NCBI GenBank assembly: GCA_002791035.1
Contig: PFWG01000009.1
Location: 1-36,998 of the forward strand
DNA from: Candidatus Portnoybacteria bacterium CG_4_9_14_3_um_filter_43_11
GTDB taxonomy: Bacteria; Patescibacteriota; Minisyncoccia; Portnoybacterales; UBA2143
DNA: 36,998 bases
Reading direction: 5' to 3'
How positions within the stretch are numbered: the first letter of the stretch is position 1; each line of letters begins with the position of its first letter. The position numbers and the translations under genes are program-made. Below, one piece after another: positions 17,351 through 23,307 of this stretch. A model generated the notes under the pieces. The model was given only the letters and a program-made list of their open reading frames with translations, was not told the origin of the DNA and searched no databases.

Positions 17351-17352
17351 AC

Positions 17353-17380
17353 AAAAAAGAACCTGTGGTTGAGTGGTTCT
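17353..17380 (-). terminator. Hairpin plus U-run on the minus strand abutting the KamA-family ORF start
   Basis: The minus strand reads AGAACC-actcaaccaca-GGTTCT-TTTTTGT, ending 2-3 nt before the TTG at 17350. A similar hairpin (AAGAAC...GTTCTT) lies near 17423-17450. Confidence 0.45.
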
Positions 17381-17602
17381 CCGTCTTTGCTGTTAATTGG
17401 TTAATTTTATCTTGGCCGGTAAAAGAACTCTGCTGTGGCAGTGGCGGTTCTTCGCTTTGAAAGAAATAGTTTTGCGAACTGGCAGTCATTTTTTAAATCC
17501 GTTTAACTCCATTGTAATTCTTTGGTGTGTCTTGTCAACTCTGTTGGGGGTAGAATCTCTTTTAGAGATTCTACGGAGTTGAAATTGGGGATTGGTCTTC
17601 CA

Positions 17603-18526
17603 CTAGGATTTTGCCAAGTCAGAAAATAAGGTTTTAAGCCCGGCGGTATTTAACCAATAATTCTTTGGATTTTTCTTTAAGTATTTTTTGATTTCTTTTC
17701 TTTGTGTTTTTAGTTTATCGCCAGCCCTGCTGTTGGATATGAGTATATTTGAATAACTGCCGTCTAAAAAAGAGATGTAGGAAATATTTGGAGTTTTTTC
17801 CTTGAGATTTAATATTTCAATTAGTTCTGAAATCTGCTTATCTTGTCCGCCGCCGGAGGTGTTAAGATGTTTTGCTTCTATTAAAAATATCTTATTTTTA
17901 TACCTAATAATCAGGTCTAATTTTTTACCTTGCTTTTTGGCTTTAAGTTTAACTTTTAAATTTTCTTTGACTTTTTTAACGCTGAAAACCTTGGAAAATT
18001 GAGCAACGCATTTGTTTGATTTATTAAATTCTTCCCAAGTTTTAACTTCTTTAAAACCCAATTTCTTTAATATCAAGGTTAGTTTTAATTCGCCGCATTT
18101 TCCTTTCTTGCGAGAGGAATTAGAATCTATTATTGCCTGAATCCATTCTTCGGGGACGAGGTCTCTTAACAATCTTTTAGAAAAGTATCTCCGGGTAATT
18201 TTCTTTATTAAGTCCAAATCTTTTCTGACCGCGCCCAAGGTATTATCGCAGGCGTTAACGAAACAGATAAATTCGGAGCAGTTGGAAAATTCCGATAATG
18301 ATTTTTGCAATTCTTCAAAATACTTGTTGATTATTTTTGGATTTTCTTTTTTCTTTTGAAGAGTTTTAATGGTAGTTAAAATTTCCTTGATCTCTTTTGT
18401 ATTTTTGACATATTTTTTCAGATTAGGATTTTTATTGTCAAAAATATAAAAATTATCCAAAGAAGTTTCTGGATTTTCCTGCGATACTTTAAAGTAATGT
18501 TGATTGTTTTGAATGTTTTTGCTCAT
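17603..18526 (-). CDS. Putative type II restriction endonuclease (PD-(D/E)XK-like)
   Basis: It overlaps and follows the methyltransferase gene. The candidate catalytic pattern is GEL...KKLDLIIRYKNKIFLIEAKH (D...ExK). The gene is very AT-rich and lysine-rich. Confidence 0.55.
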   Translation of the reverse strand: MSKNIQNNQHYFKVSQENPETSLDNFYIFDNKNPNLKKYVKNTKEIKEILTTIKTLQKKKENPKIINKYFEELQKSLSEFSNCSEFICFVNACDNTLGAVRKDLDLIKKITRRYFSKRLLRDLVPEEWIQAIIDSNSSRKKGKCGELKLTLILKKLGFKEVKTWEEFNKSNKCVAQFSKVFSVKKVKENLKVKLKAKKQGKKLDLIIRYKNKIFLIEAKHLNTSGGGQDKQISELIEILNLKEKTPNISYISFLDGSYSNILISNSRAGDKLKTQRKEIKKYLKKNPKNYWLNTAGLKTLFSDLAKS

Positions 18527-19628
18527 AGAGATAATTCAAAAATTTATAGGTAAAATCAAACGAAATTCTTTTGCGGCCGTTATCGCGGAAATTAGTGAGA
18601 AAAAATGAAAAATATTTTTTTCTGTTTTGGTTTAACTTCTGGTTGAATTCCTGTATTAGTTTTTCCTGCTCTTCCACGGGAATTCCCTGGCCGAAAATTA
18701 TATGGGCCATATTTCGAGAAGTATTTTTACCAACAAGCCCTAAAATATTATATCTTCTTATATCTTCAAGTTGTATCTTTTTTCCGTTCTTGCTGTCAAT
18801 GGCTCTTAAGAGCAAGATATTTCTTTCTAAAATATTTCTAACATTTCCATGGATATTATAATTTCTTATTTCCTTTATATTTTGAAACGCCATTTTAGCT
18901 CCATAACTTCCAGATTTCAGAAAATCTTCAGTCAGGCGGAAAATTTCTAAATAATTTTTAGCGCTTTTTATCTGATTAATAAAATTGCCGCCTAACTGCC
19001 AGCCGAATTTTCTTTCTATAGCAAAATTGATTTTTTCTTTTTCTGGGAATATGGCAGCTGATATTTTGTTTTTACCATCAAATCCTTTTTTCTTCTTGTA
19101 ATAAAAAGAAATTACATTATAGGTCGTATCTTTAAAAACTTGTTGGGAAAAAACATTTAACTTAATAATCTTAAACTTTTCAAAAAATAGGTTCCTGATT
19201 TTTTTTGAATTTTCGGCGCAAAGAAAATTTAGAGGAACAATTAAAATTCCTTCTTCGGAATCAAGAATTGAATAGATAGAAACTTGATATAGGTCTTCGA
19301 AAAAGGAGTGTGTGCCGGAAAAGAAATTATCTTTTGTTTTTCCATCGGCTTTATTCTTATGCAGATATGGCGGATTGGTTAAAACAAATTTATATTTCTT
19401 CGGAGAATTGATAGAGTCGTTGTAAAAAACCTTTTTGTTGTCGGTATATTTTTTATCACAGTCAAAGCCGGTGATTTTTTTACATTTATTTTTGCTAGCC
19501 CAACTAAACAAATCCTGATTTCCGGCGAATGGATCAGTAATTTCTTTATTCTTTACGAATGATTCTAGCCCTTGGAGAATATAGTCGGAATTTGTAGTAA
19601 AGAATTGTCCGAGTTGGGCTTTGGTCAT
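18489..19628 (-). CDS. N6-adenine DNA methyltransferase (gamma-type motif order)
   Basis: The motif order is LGQFFTT (motif X-like), then DPFAGNQDL (motif I), then LTNPPY (motif IV). Confidence 0.85.
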   Translation of the reverse strand: MTKAQLGQFFTTNSDYILQGLESFVKNKEITDPFAGNQDLFSWASKNKCKKITGFDCDKKYTDNKKVFYNDSINSPKKYKFVLTNPPYLHKNKADGKTKDNFFSGTHSFFEDLYQVSIYSILDSEEGILIVPLNFLCAENSKKIRNLFFEKFKIIKLNVFSQQVFKDTTYNVISFYYKKKKGFDGKNKISAAIFPEKEKINFAIERKFGWQLGGNFINQIKSAKNYLEIFRLTEDFLKSGSYGAKMAFQNIKEIRNYNIHGNVRNILERNILLLRAIDSKNGKKIQLEDIRRYNILGLVGKNTSRNMAHIIFGQGIPVEEQEKLIQEFNQKLNQNRKKYFSFFLTNFRDNGRKRISFDFTYKFLNYLYEQKHSKQSTLL

Positions 19629-19634
19629 ATCTTT

Positions 19635-19640
19635 ATTATA
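19635..19640 (-). promoter_or_regulatory. Candidate -10 box (TATAAT) 6 nt upstream of the methyltransferase ATG
   Basis: The minus strand reads ctagTATAATaaagatATGacc, with no room for an SD sequence. Confidence 0.4.
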
Positions 19641-19664
19641 CTAGAAAATAGAAATTTTGATAAG

Positions 19665-19692
19665 AAAAAACCGATGCATTAGATCGGTTTTT
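19665..19692. terminator. Bidirectional intrinsic terminator-like hairpin
   Basis: AAAAAA-CCGAT-gcattag-ATCGG-TTTTT lies between the 19715-20251 ORF and the R-M operon. Confidence 0.6.
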
Positions 19693-19714
19693 CTACTTTT
19701 GTTTTAATGGGATG

Positions 19715-20251
19715 TCAATGTTTGTGATTTGCTATAACTTTTCTGAAATCTTTTTTTAATTGTTTTTTTATATTTGGTAATTTGTTTTCGATTTCTTGAA
19801 ATGCTTTATTCCATTGTTGAAAGGAAGTATCTTGGTCTTTTATTGATTGCGACATAATTGATGCTTCTAGATTGCTTAAAATTTGAAGCGAACTATCAAT
19901 AAAAGAATGAATCATTAAAACTGAACTTTTGTCTAGAATTATTTCTTTCTCCCAAAAATAATCTTGTAGACCGAAAAATTTTGTTTTTATCAAGGGGAAT
20001 TCATTTATTTTTTCAGATAAAGATCCCTGATTGGTCTTTGCGCCAATTGTTCTGCTATATTTTTTAAAATCTTTCTCAAGAGCAACGATCTTGCTGTATA
20101 TTTCTTCCAAATAAACAAGTTTTCTATCAAAGATTTTTTCAAATGTATATCTTCTTTGAGAAAAGTAGTATGTCAGAACTGCGGTTAAGAGAATACCAAG
20201 TAATGAGATAACGCTTTGTATAAAACTTGGACCAGATAAGAAATCTTTCAT
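19715..20251 (-). CDS. Hypothetical membrane-anchored coiled-coil protein
   Basis: One N-terminal TM segment (VISLLGILLTAVLTYYF) and a helical remainder. The gene is AT-rich. I recognise no family. Confidence 0.5.
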   Translation of the reverse strand: MKDFLSGPSFIQSVISLLGILLTAVLTYYFSQRRYTFEKIFDRKLVYLEEIYSKIVALEKDFKKYSRTIGAKTNQGSLSEKINEFPLIKTKFFGLQDYFWEKEIILDKSSVLMIHSFIDSSLQILSNLEASIMSQSIKDQDTSFQQWNKAFQEIENKLPNIKKQLKKDFRKVIANHKH

Positions 20252-20300
20252 AGATTGTGTCGTAGAACAAATAACAATACTTTATCTAAATGTGGATATT

Positions 20301-20376
20301 TGGCGGGGACGATGGGAATCGAACCCACGATCTCCTGCGTGACAGGCAGGCGCTTTAACCGCTAAGCTACGCCCCC
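20301..20376 (-). tRNA. tRNA-Asp (GUC), CCA encoded
   Basis: The reverse complement folds as GGGGGCG-UA-GCUU..AAGC-G-CCUGC-CUGUCAC-GCAGG-AGAUC-GUGGG-UUCGAUU-CCCAU-CGUCCCC-G-CCA. The anticodon is GUC. Confidence 0.9.
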
Positions 20377-20380
20377 AAAG

Positions 20381-20454
20381 TAGCGGCGACAGGATTCGAA
20401 CCTGTGACATCGGGCTTATGAGTCCCGCGCTCTAACCAACTGAGCTACGCCGCC
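20381..20454 (-). tRNA. tRNA with CAU anticodon (elongator Met or Ile2), no encoded CCA
   Basis: The reverse complement folds as GGCGGCG-UA-GCUC..GAGC-G-CGGGA-CUCAUAA-GCCCG-AUGUC-ACAGG-UUCGAAU-CCUGU-CGCCGCU-A. It has a G1-U72 wobble and an A31/G39 mismatch. Confidence 0.8.
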
Positions 20455-20455
20455 A

Positions 20456-21145
20456 TCATTTTATTTTTAAATTAGATATTCCTTCAATCCAGCCGTCTAT
20501 TTTTCTTCTTAGTCGAGTTCCTTTCCGGACTTTTATTCTTAGGGTTCCAAAATGTTCGTTATAGTTTTCGTAAATTTTTTTTGTTTCTGTCTTTTTTAAA
20601 CTTGGTTTATTGAACTGCGATAGGGGAATCTCCGTAAGATCGGACCAATATTTTTCTACTTCCTTTACTCTTTTTTTATGAATCTTGTTAATTCCCACTC
20701 TAAGAGAAAACCTATCGATGCTTATTTTGCAACAATTTTTGAACCATTCGAGCATAAAAAGAATCATTTTCGGATCTGAATTAGTAAATCCAACGTCATA
20801 ATTAGACGGAGCAGTATATCCTTCACTCCAATACATTGCTATTCCAGCAACAAGTAAATCTCTTTTATTAAGTTTATCGATTTCTTTAATGCCCTCTTTT
20901 CTTAATAACTCTACTTCCGTTTGTCTTTTTTGTCTTATTTTTTCTACCGCCCTTAATCTTCCTTCGTAACTTCCGGATATTTGTTTTTCCACTAATCGTT
21001 TAATCTGAGTATGCGAAAGTGGTATATCTCTACACCATACGCTAACAGTGCCCTTAGAGATATTTATCTTTTGAGCAATTTCATTGATACTCAATCCTCT
21101 TTTGCGTAACTTTTGCGCTTTAGTCTGTTCCTCTATCTTCGCCAT
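20456..21145 (-). CDS. HTH domain protein with a LAGLIDADG-like C-terminal domain (putative free-standing homing endonuclease or maturase-like)
   Basis: The N-terminal HTH is RGLSINEIAQKINISKGTVSVW. LLVAGIAMYWSEGY resembles a single LAGLIDADG motif. The gene is AT-rich and sandwiched between tRNA genes. Confidence 0.5.
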   Translation of the reverse strand: MAKIEEQTKAQKLRKRGLSINEIAQKINISKGTVSVWCRDIPLSHTQIKRLVEKQISGSYEGRLRAVEKIRQKRQTEVELLRKEGIKEIDKLNKRDLLVAGIAMYWSEGYTAPSNYDVGFTNSDPKMILFMLEWFKNCCKISIDRFSLRVGINKIHKKRVKEVEKYWSDLTEIPLSQFNKPSLKKTETKKIYENYNEHFGTLRIKVRKGTRLRRKIDGWIEGISNLKIK

Positions 21146-21197
21146 TTTAGAACCTTATATTATTAGGCACATTAACATTATATATGAGGTTCTAAAA
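21145..21197. promoter_or_regulatory. 16-bp inverted repeat overlapping the start of the HTH-LAGLIDADG-like ORF (candidate operator or tRNA terminator)
   Basis: TTTTAGAACCTTATAT (21145-21160) pairs with ATATATGAGGTTCTAAAA, specifically 21182-21197, with one G-T pair and a 21-nt loop. The loop contains TATATAAT on the minus strand. Confidence 0.45.
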
Positions 21198-21235
21198 TTT
21201 ATCAACCGTTAAATTGCGGAGAACTTTGATACTTG

Positions 21236-21515
21236 TTGCGGGGGTCGGATTCGAACCGACGACCTCGAGGTTCTTAATATTAGCCATTTGTTGCCAAATG
21301 GAATGGACTGTCCCATTCTCTCGCTAATTTAACGAGAGATTCCCATTACAGTCTCTGAACCTTTCCCGTAGTTAATACGGGACTTGGCTGCTGATTGTCG
21401 TAAATATATCTTTACGAGTTCCCAGCAAGTTCGGGAATTTTTCCGCAGAATGTCGCCATCCTGGGCCACAATCATTTTATGGGCCTCGCGAGCTGCCAGA
21501 CTGCTCTACCCCGCG
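21236..21515 (-). tRNA. Initiator tRNA-fMet (CAU) gene interrupted by a group I intron; exons 21479-21515 and 21236-21272
   Basis: The joined exons give CGCGGGG-UA-GAGC-AGUCUGGCA-GCUC-G-CGAGG-CCCAUAA-CCUCG-AGGUC-GUCGG-UUCGAAU-CCGAC-CCCCGCA-A (74 nt). This is nearly colinear with E. coli tRNA-fMet, including the C1xA72 mismatch. Confidence 0.85.
21273..21478 (-). ncRNA. Group I intron (206 nt, no ORF) inserted after the CAU anticodon
   Basis: The 5' exon ends in U and can pair as CCAU with the internal guide GUGG 9 nt into the intron, giving a U-G wobble at the splice site. The intron ends in G. Core-like strings CAAUCAGCAGCCAAGUCCCG and GGUUCAGAGACUGUAAUGGGAA resemble the conserved P/Q and J8/7-P7 regions of tRNA group I introns. 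Size and insertion site resemble the Azoarcus tRNA-Ile intron. Confidence 0.75.
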
Positions 21516-21520
21516 CTGGT

Positions 21521-21549
21521 ATTATAGCCGAAAGTTTCAGAGATATCAA
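21521..21549 (-). promoter_or_regulatory. Sigma70-type promoter of the tRNA-fMet gene (TTGATA-17 nt-TATAAT)
   Basis: The minus strand reads TTGATAtctctgaaactttcggcTATAATaccag followed by tRNA position 1. The -10 box ends 5 nt before the mature 5' end. Confidence 0.6.
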
Positions 21550-21614
21550 GCCCTTTGGGGCGTCAGAGAGGACTTGTCTTTCAACCGCCGTTATAGTAAA
21601 ATAGAAACATAAAG

Positions 21615-22004
21615 ATGAATTTATCCGGATATTTAGCGGGATTAGTTTTAGTGGTCTTTTTAGCCATCGCCTGCTTGACGGCTATTTTAGTTTATTTCAG
21701 TCCCCAGACCTCCAGCGCTGGCGTCTTTTCTCTGTTTTATCTGGCGCTTCTGATTTCGGCGGCGGGGATATTTACTTTAATCGGATTTTTTATTCGGCAG
21801 ATTTCAAGAAAAAAAAGGATTCCTTTGTCCCAAGGACAGGTTGTCCGCAATCTGGAGGTTTCTTTCCGGCAGGGTTTTCTTTTATCAATAATTTTGGTTT
21901 CGGTTTTAATCCTTCAAAGCCAGCGATTGCTTTACTGGTGGGATCTGGCGGCTTTGGTCGGGCTGGTCGGTCTGGCTGAATGGTGGCTGATGAAAAGGCA
22001 ATAG
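21615..22004 (+). CDS. Hypothetical integral membrane protein (about 4 TM)
   Basis: 129 aa and strongly hydrophobic (LVLVVFLAIACLTAILVYF, LFYLALLISAAGIFTLIGFFI and others). It lies immediately upstream of pheS. Confidence 0.6.
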   Translation: MNLSGYLAGLVLVVFLAIACLTAILVYFSPQTSSAGVFSLFYLALLISAAGIFTLIGFFIRQISRKKRIPLSQGQVVRNLEVSFRQGFLLSIILVSVLILQSQRLLYWWDLAALVGLVGLAEWWLMKRQ

Positions 22005-22008
22005 TAAT

Positions 22009-23070
22009 ATGCTTAATCAACTCAAACAAAACGCGTTGAAAGAGATCGCGGCGACCAAAGAACTCAAGGGCTTGGACGCGGTTTACCGCCGCTATTTGGG
22101 CCGGAAGGGAGAATTGACCAAGGTTTTGCGTTCGCTTAAGGACTTATCCGAAAAAGAACGGAAAGAAACGGGGACGGCGGCCAATGAAATCAAACGGGGA
22201 TTGGAAGAAGCGGTTGGAGAGAAGCGCCGAGAGTTTTTGGCGCCGAGCGGGAAAACCCCGTCTTTATCCCGCTTCGGCGGGACGAGCGGGAAAACCCCGC
22301 CGAGCGGGGTAAATTGGCTTGATGTTACCGCGCCCGGCGTCAAGCCGGCGGTGGGTCATTTGCATCCAATTACCTTGGTCCAAAGGCAAGTTGAAGATAT
22401 TTTCCAATCAATGGGTTTTTCGGTCGTTGACGGTCCGGAAGTGGAAACTGAATACTACAACTTTGACGCTTTAAATATTCCCCCAGGCCATCCGGCTAGG
22501 GATGTATTATCTCTTGGAAGGACTTTTTACTTAAAAAAAGGAGGATTAATGAGGAGTCATACTTCTCCTATGCAAATTCGTTATATGGAGAAACATAATC
22601 CTCCTATTAGGATGATTGTTCCCGGAAAAGTTTTTCGAGTAGAAGCCACCGATTCTTCTCATGAGACAAATTTTTATCAACTTGAGGGGTTAATGATCGG
22701 AAAAGACGTTTCAGTGGCTAATTTTAAAGCAGTAATCCAGGAATTTTTGGAAAATTTCTTCAAAAAATCTATTAAGGTTAAATTAAGACCTTCTTATTTT
22801 CCTTTTGTCGAACCGGGTTTTGAAATAGACATGAGTTGCACTATGTGTGTCGGTAAAGGATGTGCTGCTTGTAAATATTCTGGCTGGATAGAGATGATGG
22901 GAGCTGGAATGATACACCCTAAAGTTTTGAAATCTGGCGGTTTAGATCCAAAAAAATGGCAAGGTTTTGCCTTTGGAATGTCGCTGGATAGGTTAACAAT
23001 GATAAAGTATAGGATTAATGATATTCGTTTATTCCACAGTGGAGATTTAAGATTTCTTCAACAATTCTAA
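22009..23070 (+). CDS. pheS: Phenylalanyl-tRNA synthetase alpha subunit, compositionally mosaic
   Basis: Contains an N-terminal coiled coil, DVTAPG, GHLHPIT, HPARD, SHTSPMQIRYM, FRVEATDSSHETNFYQLEGL, YFPFVEPGFEI and GFAFGMSLDRL. Confidence 0.93.
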   Translation: MLNQLKQNALKEIAATKELKGLDAVYRRYLGRKGELTKVLRSLKDLSEKERKETGTAANEIKRGLEEAVGEKRREFLAPSGKTPSLSRFGGTSGKTPPSGVNWLDVTAPGVKPAVGHLHPITLVQRQVEDIFQSMGFSVVDGPEVETEYYNFDALNIPPGHPARDVLSLGRTFYLKKGGLMRSHTSPMQIRYMEKHNPPIRMIVPGKVFRVEATDSSHETNFYQLEGLMIGKDVSVANFKAVIQEFLENFFKKSIKVKLRPSYFPFVEPGFEIDMSCTMCVGKGCAACKYSGWIEMMGAGMIHPKVLKSGGLDPKKWQGFAFGMSLDRLTMIKYRINDIRLFHSGDLRFLQQF

Positions 23071-23133
23071 TTTTTATTAAACAAAACTCAAAAGGTCGAA
23101 TCCTAAATAATTTAAAAATTAAATATTAATTAA

Positions 23134-23286
23134 ATGAATACAATATCTCAAAAACCTAAAATATTAAAGAAAAATTCGGCTAAAAAACATCCAGAATTTG
23201 GTTTCTGTTTTAGAGGACACGGCGGAAAATCATTAAAGCGAAAGAAAAGCTTAACTGAAAAAATTTTAAAAAAGGTTAATAAGTAG
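23134..23286 (+). CDS. Unannotated 50-codon ORF, candidate RiPP precursor peptide (very basic, single Cys in an aromatic patch)
   Basis: Hand translation gives MNTISQKPKILKKNSAKKHPEFGFCFRGHGGKSLKRKKSLTEKILKKVNK. It is the only ATG-initiated ORF I found on the + strand filling the pheS to radical SAM gap, and it ends 21 nt before the radical SAM start. It is below the ORF-track length cutoff. No SD sequence is present. Confidence 0.4.
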   Translation: MNTISQKPKILKKNSAKKHPEFGFCFRGHGGKSLKRKKSLTEKILKKVNK

Positions 23287-23307
23287 ATAGAATTCCTCCC
23301 ATAGACA

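Noticed and set aside
23134-23286. The 50-aa basic ORF as a divergent ribosomal protein (L34/L35-like), given ...QKPKILKK...FGFCFRGHGGKSLKRKK.
   Set aside because: The resemblance to the L34 pattern (QPS..KR.R.HGFR.RM....GR.VL..RR.KGR) is patchy, needs indels, and can be explained by shared Lys/Arg richness. The position next to an RRE-containing radical SAM enzyme fits a precursor peptide better. It is kept as a refutation test rather than a call.
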